A stretch of DNA of 64,000 nucleotides from positions 219,787 through 283,786 of the forward strand of contig PS015014.1 of NCBI GenBank assembly GCA_048213135.1, written 5' to 3'. A program made the position numbers and the translations under genes. The notes under the pieces were generated by a model. The model was not told where the DNA came from, made no database searches, and saw only the letters and a program-made list of their open reading frames with translations. Positions 36,756-49,987 of this stretch are shown here, one piece after another (position 1 is the first letter of the stretch; every line of letters starts with the position of its first letter). The DNA is from Reclinomonas americana ATCC 50394. Taxonomy: Eukaryota.

Positions 36756-38077
36756 GCACTCGATGCCGGCCTTTTCGCCTCCGGAGAAGTTTGGTGGTGG
36801 TCCGCCGAGCCCGTACACACCTCCGGCCAGCATCATGGGCACTCCAGCGGAGCCGCCGGGTGCGCCGATCAAGGACAAGTCCAACCCGTCCACGGTCGGC
36901 AACCCGATGCCGCTGGTGATGCAGCCGTCCAAGTCGACTGGCACTCGCGCAGAGCCAGCCGCACCAGGCCACACATCACCGAGACGCCGCACCATTCTGA
37001 ACGGCTCCGAGCTGCCGCCAGCGGCCAGCGTGGTTGCAGACTCGGAACGGCCGTCGCCGAGCCCCGGTCGCACGGCGATGAGTCCGTTTGGAGTTCGCTC
37101 GGCATCGCCACGCGCACCGCCAGCATCGCCCGCCGCCGCATTTGGAAGCACTCCGCTGCCAGCGCCACCCACTGGTGGGCCGCGCACTGTCAGCGATTTG
37201 GTCGGCGGCAGGAAAACAAACGCCAGGTTTGTCGCAACTGAGCAGCTGCTGCTCTTGATCTTGCCTTTTCGTGTTGCTAACTTCTCCCTCTCCCACACAA
37301 CACAGCCCACGAGCGTCGCCCCGCGAGTTCCTGGCCTCCCTCAATCAGCAACCAGCGTCGCCAATGGCGGTACTGCCGGCGCCGCTCATGCGCGCCCAGT
37401 CGACGCCGATGGTGGCTCCGTCGTCGCCATCACCTGCGCCCTCGATGAGCAGCGGTGCGGCCGATGACTTGGCCGTGACGAAGAAGGCCACTGGAGGCAA
37501 GAAGAAGCTGCTGAAGAAGAAGTCTGCTTCGTCGGTGACCTCGAAGAAGTCGGCGGCTTCATCGGCAGCGGCGGCGGCGAGCCCTCCCGAGGCGGGCGAC
37601 GCTGCCATTGTGGCCGACAGCAAGGATGACGACCACGATGGTGCGGAGGACGAGAAGAGCACTGCGACGACGACACCGCGTGCCGGTGGCAAGCGAGTGG
37701 TCAAGAAGAAGATCATTAAGAAGAAGGCCGTCAAGACGCCGCGCGGAGTCGCTCCAGCGAGCGACGACCAGCCGCCGGCTGTGGCGGATTCGGCTTCAGC
37801 CGACAATGATCCGGCGGCGGAGGAGGAGGCCGGGGCTATGCTATCGCCCACGGCCACCGACGCCGTACCGCTGTCGGCGCGCAGTCGCAAGGTGGTGAAG
37901 AAGAAGCTGATTCGCAAGGTGTCCAGCTCGACGGTGCAGAAGACGATGTCGTCGTCGTCGTCGTCGACTGTGCAGGAGGGTGGTAGCATGATGATCAACA
38001 CCTCCATGTCCAGTGTGGCTGTCACACAAAAAACGACAGCACGCATCCCCACTACGCCACCAGCGCGCAGGCTATAG
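36756..38077 (+). CDS. Pro/Ser/Lys-rich C-terminal tail lacking a clear start; probably the tail of the PH protein
   Basis: Open from the gap, with KKKLLKKK and KRVVKKKIIKKK motifs; ends PTTPPARRL-TAG. Confidence 0.55.
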
Positions 38078-38263
38078 GGAGGGGGAAGGTGCTGGCGACG
38101 GGGGGGGAAAGGAACCCACTAGTAACATAGTTTTTGACTTTCTTGAAGTGTTTTATAGTGAAACTGAGAATTAATTTTTGACCACTGAACATCACCACCA
38201 CCACTGTCAGTCACATGCACACTTAACTGGTCGCGCTCCTCCTCCCCCACCACACACACGGAC

Positions 38264-40057
38264 CTACTCGCGAGCGCGCGCATGCAACTGCGCACGCAAC
38301 CGGGCCTCCCGCTCCTCAGTCGATCCTTGTCTATGCTCCGCCCATCGTGAGATGCAAAGAAAAAAGTGACGTGCGGCACGAGATGATGACATGACGCACG
38401 TTGGTGACACGGCCTCCTCAGCTGCACCACCGCTGCCGCGTGCCATGGCTGCGTTGTCCATTTCCAGCACCGGAGACAACCGTCGTCGTCTTCGCTCCGG
38501 CGAGGCCGACGGTCCACGGCGCGGTGGCGGCGGGGACCGTGAGCGCGAGAGCGACGGTGAGCGTTCACGCGATCGTTTGCGATCCCGACGACGGTCACCG
38601 GTTTCGCGCTGCTTGTGTCGTCGAGCACGGCGTTCCTCTCGGGAGATTCGTTCCCGCGACCTGCGGGCATGCGTGAGACAACAACAACAACAACAACAAC
38701 AAAAAGGCACACATGCTTTCTGTGACGCACCCGCTGCGCGAACGCGATCGGCGGCGTGGTGGCGGTGGCGAGCGAGAGCGTGATCTCGGCGACCGGGATC
38801 GGCGAGCAGGTGGTGAACGAGAACGACGACGGCGGCGGGGTGGCGATGGCGAACGACGGCGCTTCGGGCGATCACTGTCGCTACTCGGTGATCGCTCACG
38901 ACGGCGACGATCACGCACATCGTCATCCGGAGCGCCACCAGCCGCATTGGCATCATCGCCGACACGCGCTGAGAAGCCCGTACGCCGTCCCGACGGCAGC
39001 ACACGTGTGATGGTGGGTGCCACGCCCTGTGAGACGCGAAAAGCATAGTGTGAGACACACACGAATGACGAGCGGGGAAAGTCTGCGGAGCGAAACTGGC
39101 AACAGCGGTGCTTGTTGCTGCGCGCGACAATTATGGTGAGGAACTCAAAAAAAGAGCGAGAGTGACAGTGAGCAGAGGCAGACGTAACTGGGAGATCGCC
39201 AAAACGACTGTTGACTACGGGCACCGCATTCGATGAGCTGCCCATCGGCACATCTGCGCATACTCGATTGAGTCTCCTTGCCAGCGCTCTCCGCGCCCTC
39301 TCTCTGCACACCGAGAAAACGAACCGGCAGCAGAGAGTTTCGGAATGGGGCGTCGCGCCTCCTCCCCGTGACCACCGCCACCGCCACCGCCACCGCCACC
39401 ACCCGAGCGAGAACCAACGGCATTGGAGGCGTCCAGCTGGGCACGATGAATCGCCTGCGAGACGGCCGCCTCACGACGCGCCTGCTCCGTCAGAATGTCA
39501 CGCTTGCGTTCCAGGAACTCGCGCGGCACACCGCCCACGGTTTGCTGTGCAGAGAGCAGAAGCTTCCACAGCTCGTCCATGAATTGATACGCATGCTGCT
39601 GCAGGAAACCCGTCAACTGAATCTGCCACTCACGTGGATCCGCAATCTGCAACCCCGCTCACACGTGAGCACACACACACGAACGCAAGAGGCAGACTAA
39701 GCGAGCGAGCGAGCGAGAGAGAGAGGCACACCTCCGTCTCGAGCATCTCCACCGCATAGTTGACGACCACGTCGTCTTCCAAGCCCAGCAGCTCGGTGAT
39801 GCGATTGGTCATCCACCACTTGATCACGCTCTTCTCCACCTTGGCAAAGTCGACCTTGTTGGCAAAGACCTTCGGGAACTTCATGTTCTTCTTGAACTTC
39901 TTCATCTTGTCGAGGAAGCGCGGATCTTGGTCCGCTCCCGTGCCTGCATTTTCTCAACACAATCAGAAATGCATGCATGCATGACGGAGACAGAGAGTGA
40001 GTGAGAGTGTGGGAGAGTGAGTGACGCACCTTTGAACGCAATACTCGCATCGCCCAT
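38264..40057 (-). CDS. SRRM1: SRm160/SRRM1-like PWI-domain RS splicing coactivator
   Basis: FK|GTGADQDPRF, MKFP..KVDFAKV..VIKWWMTNRITELLGLEDDVV, DPREWQIQLTGFL...FMDELWKLLLSAQ, followed by RS/SP repeats. Confidence 0.92.
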
Positions 40058-40415
40058 GATGTCTCTGTGTGTGCGTGGCATAATGCAATGAGCGCATGAG
40101 AGTGAGCAGTGGCCACTCGAACTTGGCCCCACATTCAACACGCACGCACATGCACACTCTCTCTCACACACACAAGTGCAGATGCACAGCGAGAAGGACA
40201 CACAAAGAGAGGAGAGACACCAACGCAGCACAGCACGGTGCGTGCGTGTGTGTATAATGAGGCACGAGTGCGGCATGTCACAAACGCACACACACGCACA
40301 CACTCTTGCACAGGAGACAGCGTGCACACACTCACCGTTTGGTTAGCACAATACACACACTGAAGAGAGATAGAGAGTGAGAGTGGAATCGCGATCAACC
40401 AAGCTTTGTTTTGCA

Positions 40416-43400
40416 ATGTGGGTCGCGCGCGATTGCCGCGTTTCCTTTGTCATCCACGCGACTGCGGCAAGTGAGCAGCAGGCAACACTGTGCGTCTCGT
40501 TCTCACAGGGCCAGAATGCGCGTCAGGTGAGACCGCATGCCGGTGACATTGGAGTTTTCTTGTGCTCACTCACTGCGCGCAGGTGCTGGAGAGTGTCATT
40601 CGACAGGAGGGACTGCCACTGCCGCTGCTCGACTCGCTAATGGAGCAGTACAGTGTGGCCACGCAGCGTGCGATTCACGACGATGCGCTGCGTCACATTC
40701 AAGGTGATCAAAGTGCTCTCATCGCACTTGTCTCTCTCTCTGTCGCTCGCTGACACGCACCGTGCGCTAGCCATGGCATCGATGACAGTGCCGGTGCCGT
40801 CGGCGCAGTCGCCTTCACCCGGTGCACCGTACGCGATGCCGAGTGCGGTTCCGTCGCCACCTGTTCCGTCGTCCAGCTCGGCCATGGCGACTGCTGCGGC
40901 GGCGGCCTTGGCGGCGGCCGGCTCCAACGAGCAGCTGCTTGGCCAGCTGCGGCTGCTGTTCTTGTACTCGCGCGATGTGCAAAAGGCGCTGATTGAGTCG
41001 TTCCGGCATGCGGCGGTCGAGTACGCGCAGGTGTTGCGCACATTCTCGACTGTGCTCGGCGACTTGCGCGATCGGTGAGTGAGTGTTCGTCGTCGCCACG
41101 CCCTCGGCGATTGGTGACACGTGCGCGGCACAGACACGTGCGAGCGGTGGCGAGTGTGGCGAGCAGTGACGATGGTGCGGCGATGCAGGCGCTGGTGGAG
41201 CGACACATTGTGGAGATTGGCGAGGTGGAGGAGCGGCAGAAGCGCCAACTGCAGCACCTGGCCGAATCGCAGGCGCACAGTCTGTGGTGTAGTGTGCGTT
41301 CGCTGTACGACGGCGAGGTGCGCAGTCGGGTGCACAATGGTGGACCTGTGCCGCTCTCGCCGGCCGCCAGTGGCGCTGTGAACGAGTCGCCGGCATTTCG
41401 GCCTCCCATCAAGCGACTACCTCTGCAACCGTCGCCACCAAAGGGCAGCGGCTCGTCGCCACTGACCACTGCGTCAGGGAGTGGCACCACGAGTGCCACC
41501 ACCCCGTCGTCGGCGCGCTCCAGTTCGGGTGGTGGCTTTTTCAGTCGTCTCAATCCGTTTGGTGGTGGTGGTGGTGCTGCTGCTGCTGTGGCCGACGATG
41601 TCAGTCTGGCACTGGCACCGTCTGCGTCCTCGTTCGAGCTGCTGGTGGAGGAGCACTGGCCGTACTCGGAGTTGGTGGTCTCCGGTGACGTCTCCAACAG
41701 TGTCAGTCACGTATTGCGACTGGAAGTGTGTTCGTTGTCGGCGTCATTGTGCGAAGTCGCCGATCGCTTCCGCCCCGTGCAAGAGGTGATGTGGCCGTAC
41801 CGAGATGTGGCATTCATGCAGCAGAGCTTTTTGGACTCGCCACTGCATTCGTGTGCGCCGCATCAGGACTTGAGTGACTTGCTACCGGAGACGCTCACCG
41901 AGACAACGACTCTGGAGCGCAGCTCTCGCATGTGGTGCGAAAGCTTTGCTCTTTCACAGCTGCGCGCACTGCTGGTGGGCGTCAGCGAACCAACGTTGGC
42001 GCACCCGGAGGTGGAGCGTTTGGTGACGGCCAGTAGCGAACTCGTGTACCGAGATTACTCGCGACAATTGGCCGACATTCGTCGTGCACATCCGCGCATG
42101 CAAGTCGGCGACGTGTACATTACGCGGCACTCCAACCTGCGCGATTTCCACGTGGTCATTCACATTTATCATCCGAGACGCCGAGATGGTTGCGTTCACT
42201 GTTTCCACCATGTGTGTTTTGAGTGAGTGTGTTGTTGATCGATGTGGTCCAACAGCGGAGCCGGACGAGTGGCGGTGGACGTGCTTTGAACGTGGCCTAC
42301 ATCACGTCTTCGACTTGTGCCTGCTGCTCTCCATTCATCACCTCTCCGTGGCTTTACCGCTGTTCCCAGTGGGCGGTGCGAGTGCGTCGGCACTGGTGAG
42401 CAAGTGACAGAACATTCTCCCTGACTGCTCAAGTGTCGCTCACACACTTTCCGGCGCACAGACGGTGGGCTACAAGGAGCAGGCACTGGCGACGTTGCAT
42501 GCGTGGAAAAACGTGTACAGGCGGCACCTCGACGCCACACTGGTGCGCACCATGCCACCACCGTCATCGTTGCCCCTCTCGCCCACGGACAGTCGACACG
42601 GATCAGCAGCAGCAGCACCGGATGCGGTGTCTGGTGCTGTGGCCGGGGTTGCTGACGATGGTATTCTGTCGCCGTCGGCCTCGGGCGATGACTTGTTTTC
42701 TGCAGACGACGACGGCGATGCGATGCTCGTTGCTGCTGCTGCTGCTGCTGCGGCAGTGGCGGCGGTGTCGTCGTCAGGCGAAAAGTTGCGCATGCAGTGC
42801 GCGCTTTTGCTCCTGCGTCTCTCGCTCACCACGCAGTCGTGCAGAAACAAGTCGCCGCATCTCGTCCTCGACGGGCCGTCAACCTATCACGCACCGCTTC
42901 ACTCGCGGGCGAAGGTCGTACCTGGCGGCGCACGACCGGTCATTGTTCACGACGATGATCACGACAGCATGGCGAATCAGCGATTGCACAGCGAGGCACA
43001 GAGCATGAGCATTCTGTGGGAGGGCAGCTCCAATGTGCATCCGCACTCGCGATGGTCGCGTTACTGTGGTCGAACACAACTGCTGCACCGCTATCCGCAA
43101 GATTCTGCCAGCGGCAGTGGCGACTCGGTGTCGTCATCGGTGGCGGCATCGTGGACCGCGCCGCAGCCACCGACCTCGCCGCCGCTGGTGGCCTTGATCG
43201 CCGACGCAGGTGTGTGGTGACGCTCACGAGTGTGACACGTTGTTCTGTGCATTGAAGCAATCTCCCTTGCCAGGTGAGCTGCCACCCAAGTTCCTGCCGG
43301 TGCCGGACTTGAGTGCAGTCGGCGTCAACGCATGTGGTCACGATGTGTTGACCTCGCACAATCCACCCCTGTTGCGCGATCTACGCTTGCTCTTTCCGTG

Positions 43401-43473
43401 GTCGAGCAAGACAAGCTCCGCCACACATCACGCCTTTGTGGATCTGCTGACGGGTAGAGCGCATTCGTTGTGA
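40416..43473 (+). CDS. C12orf4/FERRY3-like protein with a C-terminal extension
   Basis: GDVYITRHSNLRDFHVVIH matches the C12orf4 signature as I recall it (GDFYITRHSNL..HV.FHL); also LVERHIVE...QKRQ. Confidence 0.7.
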
Positions 43474-43529
43474 TAGTGATAATGTAGGTGGCCTAATGAT
43501 TGTTTGTTGGTGTACACTAAGTAAGCGCG

Positions 43530-46500
43530 ACTTGCTACTGACCGGAACTGGTTGGTCGTGTGCCTCTTGCGCTGAGCACATGTGAGCTCTGTGGAGAGGC
43601 AGTGAGCGAGTGCTACTCGTGTACGTCACAGATGAACAGCGGCGGGAGACGCAACAAAGTGAATGCGTGCCCACGTCGGCAGCGGCAAGTCAGGTCGCAA
43701 GTAGACGGCAGGGAGTGAGGTCTTGATTTCGGGAATGTACAGCGCCATGTCTTCATCATCCTCGACTGCGCATACACGCACACATGCACATGCGTGAGCC
43801 ACAGTTCGCAACTCAGAGATCGGGATTCACCACACACCTGGATTGTAGTGGGCACCTTCCGTGTCGGCGCTGCCCAGGTCGTACTTGGAGCTGCACAGGT
43901 TCAGGCGGAATCCAGGGAAGAACATCGCCATGACCACGACTGCCGAAATGATCAGGTTGATAAAGCTGATCAGCACATAGCGGCTGGAGAACTGCACGAC
44001 CATTGCATGTCAGTACACACAATGTGATACACACACAAGGACTCGTGCACTTACCGGCAGCTGCGAGTAGAGGTATCCGTTGAACAACGCAAAGAGATGG
44101 TGCGCCACCAAGCCGAATGACATGGATGTGGTGACGGCCTTGGCCAGATCGTCGTCGTACTTGGGAGGCTGGCGGTACGTGCGCAACACTACACAAACAC
44201 ACACACTGAATCAGCACTGTGCGGTCACCAGGAACCCCTCGCACAAAGGTGCTGAGTGAGTGCGGTACGCAACAATTGAACTTGTCAACCAGCGAAGACA
44301 CAAGCAGCACCAGGCCAGTCGGGATCCAAATGGCTGCGCGCGCACGCACACATACAGATGTGAGATATGCGGTTCTTCCACGCCAACATATCTCTCTCGT
44401 CTCCTCTCCAACACTCACCAGGGAATGCCGATGAGAACCACATGGTGACGAAAATGGTCTTGAGGAGCCACGCATTGCGGGCGGTGAGGTTGAATTCGGG
44501 TCCAATGTACGCATTCAGCAGCTCCTGCTGCAGTCGCACAAAGCACGACACCTTGATCCAGCGTGACAAACGCCAGATGGGATACTCGAGAATCTGGAGG
44601 GCGAGCGCAATGCCGAGACCGGTGAAGACAATCGAGTAGATGGAGCCGGCGTTGAAGACGTAAAAATCCTCGGTGCTGCTGGTGCGGCGTACCCACTCCG
44701 ACACCAGCAAGATAATGACGGCCGAGTTGATAAACTGCGCCCACGCCAGCTTCAAGCATGTGGCACGGCACGTGTCGGTGTGCGTGTAGTGGCGCTCCAG
44801 CACGCCAAACACAAACATCACACGCTGGAGCACAAAGTTGATCAAGGCAATGACAATGGCGATGATGAAAGCCAGCACGCTGCCGCCGACGTTCTTGTCG
44901 CTCTTGGCGCGATTGTTCTTCTCCGTGTCCAGCACGTAGATAATGTAGGCCGACAGTCCGATAAGGCATACGGCGAGCGAGTTGAAAATAAGGAAGCGAA
45001 TGAAGCGGTTGAATGTGCCGAATCGCAAGTGGCTCCAGTACACGTCACTGGGCTCCGGAGCGGCGTTCACAGACGGCTTGCTCGGGAAATGCCTGTCGAC
45101 AACAAACGAGTGGGTGGTGGTGTGAGTCACCACACTTGTGCGACGAGGGTGAAAAAGTAAACTCAACTGTCTCCACGAGTCCTTCAGCGTGGCGACTTCG
45201 TTGTTCGCGAAATCATTACGGAACACAGGCTGCTTGAGCACATGCAGCATCTTGTTCGCCGACTCCTCCAAGTCGAACACCACAAGCGCGAGGCCCGTCG
45301 ACGGGTATGCCTTGCCGGCGAGCTGCACGAGCGAGAGGTGCAGACAAACACGGTAAGAGTCACACGCCGCAGTGAACGTAGACACACACACAAAGCGCGG
45401 TCGGCAAACCTCGCGCAGACGCTTGCGTGTCTCCTCAAATTCGATCTTGTAGTACTCGGAGGTGCGACCGAATCCCAACTTCATGCCAAACGTGAGCCGT
45501 GTGATGGGCGGCGGCTGGATGCCTTTCAGGATCTCGAGACCGCGCGTCTTCTTGTACTTTTGGTGCAGTTGCACGAGCTTGACAATCGTGTTCTCCAGCT
45601 CCGGGCAGTTGTAGACCACGACGACCTGGTCGACGAGGCCGAACTGCTCGCAAAACTCCTTCACCTGCTCTGGATTCGTCAGAGACTTGGGCAGGCCGTA
45701 GAGTACGACCGAGAAGTCACTGTGTAGGCGTGTGTGAGTGGAGGAGGATGGGGTGAGGGAGGGGGAAGGGAGAAAGGCCAAGGCACACCATGTCGTGGTG
45801 GTCTCCATGTCGATTGTCGTGGCATCCTTTTGCTGTCGCGTCTTGACAAAGATAAAGAAGAGCACAGAGAGCACCGTGACGAACGACTGCAGCACCGAGA
45901 CCCACACCGGCGGCTCAGCTGTGCAGTCCGACGGTGCACCCGAGAGGGAGCACCAGAACGTGCCTGCTCATTTGCGTCAGTGAATTGAGAAGGGGGAGAG
46001 CGAGAGGGAGAAGGGAAGGATAAGGGAGAGAAAGACAAGGCGAGAGGGGGAGAGCGAGATCGAGGAGAAACAAGGGTGAGCGACAGGGAGAAGAGAGCAA
46101 GAAGGAAGAGTAAAGGAGAGCAGCGAGTCTAGAATCACTCCACTATGCTTTGCATGTGAGGGAAACAGACGCAACGACCAAAGGCGCCGTACGAGGTGCG
46201 ATACCAGAATGTCACCGGTCGTGCCACACCATCGGCCAATGCACCAGTCGGAGGAGTGCTTCCCGACAGGAGAACAAAGTAGATTACACACGCCGCAGTC
46301 TATCACACGCACGTGTAAGAAGCCACGCTAATGATATACAGAGCAGCGAAGGAGCTCACCAGCAGGCCGAGCGCCAAGAAAAAGAGAGCGACCAATATCT
46401 GGAAGCGCAGATACAGAAGCACGCCAATGCCCAGCTCGCGCAGCTTATCCAGTGGTGTGAAGAACGAGTACGGCGAGTAATTCAGCTGCTCCTCCTGATT

Positions 46501-47002
46501 GAAGGCGCGCTGCATGCGATACACCTCCGCCGCATCGTAATCCAAGTCACCGTACTCTTCCGTCACTTGCGCATCTGTCAACCACACACGCAGATAAGCA
46601 AGAAGTGAGAGTGTCTCTCTGTCTATTATGGAGTCGCTCACCAGTGGGCAGTGACATCTCCATGACTTGTGTGGACGGCGTGACAGTATTCGACGCCTCC
46701 GCATCGGTCAAGCCATGAAAGCGCTTCTTCTTCAGCTTGAGCTTATCGCCGCCCGGTCGCATCCGGTTCATCAGATTCGCCATGCCTCCTGTGCTCGTGG
46801 GCGCACCACCATCCGCAGCAAAGAGCGGACCCACTTTTATGATGTGGAAGAGAGAGAGAGAGTGAGAGTGAGTGAGAAGTGGCGGCTCACATCATTTTTC
46901 CTTCTTTTTTGCAAGAGTGTGTGTAGAAAGAGAAGAGAGAAGAGGGAGAGAGTGCTCACCGGCGTTACTAACGCCACCCGCGGTCTCCTCGTCGCCTTGC
47001 AT
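43530..47002 (-). CDS. OSCA/TMEM63 (CSC1-like) multi-pass ion channel; ends approximate
   Basis: LGIGVLLYLRFQ; SDFSVVLYGLP; TGLALVVF; AAPEPSDVYWSHL; LERHYTHT; YIGPEFNLTAR; LRTYRQPPKYD. Confidence 0.8.
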
Positions 47003-47327
47003 GTTGCAATAACGTCTTTCGTTGTCCCGTTTCTCTGAGTCATCACACAAACTGTCCACTTTGATCGAACACAAAGACGGCAGCGCATGTCAGCTTGTTC
47101 TTCGCATGACATGCATGTGTGTGCATGCATCTCCACTTTGTTGCTTGCGTTGCGCGCCACACTGTTGAATTCTCATTGGCGTCCGGTTTGTCGGAGTGAG
47201 TCATGCTCTTCCCGCCACGACAACTGTCCCCCTTTGCTTCAAGTGAGAAGTGAGCGACAATGGGTGAGTGGCAAGTATCACTCTCTCTCTCCTCGCTGTT
47301 GCTCACCTCCGCTCTGTGGCAGACGCG

Positions 47328-49031
47328 ATGCGATTGTTGGACCTGCTGATGCGGGGTCGCGCAATGCCCGACGCAGAAGAAGGAGAGGATGACGAGGATG
47401 AGGAAGAGGAGGAAGAGGAGGAGGAAGACCCGTACAGCTGCAGTGCAGCAGACGTCATTCACATTCGTTTCAGTTTCGAGCGCGCGTGCCTCTCTCTCTC
47501 TGTGTGTGTGTGTGTGAGAGTGACAAACTCAATGTGTGATTAGTCCGCAGCGCTGCGGATCTGGACGATGAGTGCGAGGACGAAGGCGTGTTCCATCCCG
47601 AGTTCACGCACCAGGTGTTTGGCGAGTCGGAGCGCATTGTGGGATACCAGGGCTTGCGCGTCAATCTGTACTACTTGTCGCACACGTTGCTGGCGTACGT
47701 GAATGTGCAGTACGAGTCGAAGCGCGAGGGTGGCGAGAGCAGCACCAATGATGTCATTGCCACGTTGACAGAGGTACAGTGTGAGCGCGTCGTGCTTTGT
47801 CGTTGTTGTCATGTGTGTGACACTCTGTCGTGGTCTAGCGACCGATTGGATTCACGGTCGGCCGCGATGAGGCGCCGATCTTCACGCCGTTCACGTTGAG
47901 TCGTGATGAGCTGGCGGCACACGTGGAGGATGCGTTCACTCCGCCGGGGGAGAAGGTGGCGGAGTGGCGCGATCGCGAGGATCGGACGCTGGAGATGTGG
48001 GTGGCGCACGGCACCGATCAGAGAATGCGCTCGTACACGGATGCGCTGCAGACGTTTGGCTTGTGGTTCATCGATGGCGCCTCGTTCATCGACACTGAGG
48101 ATCCGAGCTGGATGGCCTTTTATGCGTTGCGTGCGCCAGTGAGTGTGAGAGGGAGAGTGGAGGAGAGAGCAATTGGCTCACCGACTCGGCGGCGCACAGG
48201 TTTGAGCGAGAATCACGAGGCGATGAGCAGCGGTACCACATCGTCGGCTACGCGACGGTGTACAAGTTCTACGGATATCCCGACAAACGGCGGTATCGCA
48301 TCTCTCAGTTCCTCGTGTTTCCGCCGTACCAGCGACGTGGTTATGGAGGTGTGATGCGCCTGCTGCTGGACCAGTGCGCGAACGTGGACACTGACATTGT
48401 GTGTGTGGCCTCAGAGCGACTGCTGCGAGAGATCTACGCTGCCGCCCGTGCCGACACCGACTGCATCGATGTCAGTGTGGAGGACCCGGGTGTTGACTTT
48501 GAGCACATGCGCACCGTCACCGAGCTGCGCATGTGTGTCGAGGAGGACATTTTCGCCAGTTGCGTCTTGACGCAATTTTCGAAGGGAGAGAGGTCACTCA
48601 CTTCGTGGTGCACACAGAGGCGGTCGGCGCACTGGGCATTCCGGCAAGTCACGGCTCTGTGCCCTTCCCGCCCTACTCCAAGGCTCTCGGCGAGTACCTC
48701 ACACAACAACTCAAACTCAACAAACGACACGGCCGCATCTGCCACGAAGTGCTAGCACTGCGCAGCATCAACCAAGACGACCCCGAGCAGGTGAGACGCA
48801 CAGAAGATATGCATGTGCGCGCGAGCGTGCGTTGCCAACCCTCCCTTTCTGTGTGCGCAGCTCGCCACCTACAGACTAGACATCAAGCGCCGCCTGTACT
48901 CACAGTTCCGCACGAAGCCCGACGAGAACGGAGAGATGATCCGCACACCCGCCGACGAGTGCAAGGCCGAACTCGACAAAGCCTTCAAGTACATTCACGA
49001 GGAGTACCAGCAGTACGTCAGCAAGCTGTGA
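47328..49031 (+). CDS. HAT1: Histone acetyltransferase type B catalytic subunit
   Basis: FHPEFTHQVFGESERIVGYQGL; LWFIDGASFID; VGYATVY; RYRISQFLVFPPYQRRGYG; DVSVEDP; ends VSKL-TGA. Alternative start at 47364. Confidence 0.93.
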
Positions 49032-49068
49032 CGGCAAGCAAACACAGAAAACAACCGCCAGTAAACAG

Positions 49069-49932
49069 TTACTCGTCGCTGTACCGCGCCGTCAACACCA
49101 GCGGCTTCTCCAGCATCTTCATGCCACCGTTGCTGCGAGTCGGCAACTCGGAGATCTTGTCGGCCACCTCCAGTCCGTCAATCACCTCGCCCCACACTGT
49201 GAGAGCACGCAGCGTGAGGAGAGAGGGGGAAGAAGAAGGAGGAGGGGGAGATGGAGGAGGAGGAGAAGAACATGAAGGAGAAGAAGGAGGAGAATATGGA
49301 GGAGGAGGAGAAGAAGAACAAGAACAGGAACAAGAATGAGAAGAAACATAGAAGAGGCCGAACCGGTGAATCCCAGCGCCCAGCCGCTGTCGCCATACCG
49401 GTCCAGATTGGTGTTATCGCCAAGGTTGACAAAGAACTCGGAACTTTGCACAAGAGTGAGCATTGATGCATGTTGCGCGAGACAGACAACTCTTGACATA
49501 AAATTTGAAGAAAGACGCACGTGGCGGAATTCGGATCGTCCCAGCGCGCCATGGTCACCGTCCCGCGACGATTCGGCAACGAGTACTCCAGCGGCAGCTT
49601 TCCACATGGCGACTCTATGCGTGTGTGCATAAGACAGCGTCTTGAGAGACAGTGTGACACACACACACATTGTGCGCACCTCGCGTCTCTCCGGAAGCCG
49701 TGCGCAGGCCGCCTTGAATGACAAAGCCCGGCTCTGCACGGTAGATGCAGCACCCGTCGTAGAGGCCTGAGCGCGCATGTGAGAGACACACACAGAGAGA
49801 CAACTTTCTCTCTCTGTTTCTCTCACCTGCGCTTGCAATCTGCTTGACGGCCTCACAGTGTCGCGGCGCCACATCCGTGCGCATGCGAATGGTGATGACA
49901 CCAGCGTCGCCACAGGTGAGCTTCAGAGTCAT
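49069..49932 (-). CDS. Cyclophilin-type peptidyl-prolyl isomerase, PpiA/PpiB-like
   Basis: APRHC; GLYDGCCIYRAEPGFVIQGG; NRRGTVTMARWDDPNSAT|SEFFVNLGDN; FT|VWGEVIDGLEVADKI; four introns. Confidence 0.88.
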
Positions 49933-49987
49933 GAGCGCAATTGAAGCCGCTGCAATGGATGCGCAGTGAACGAATTGTGCGACGAAA

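Noticed and set aside
49210-49360. GGA/GAA purine tract giving E/K/G-rich ORFs (also ~45990-46120)
   Set aside because: It lies within an intron of a minus-strand gene as a pyrimidine-rich simple repeat, so it is not coding.
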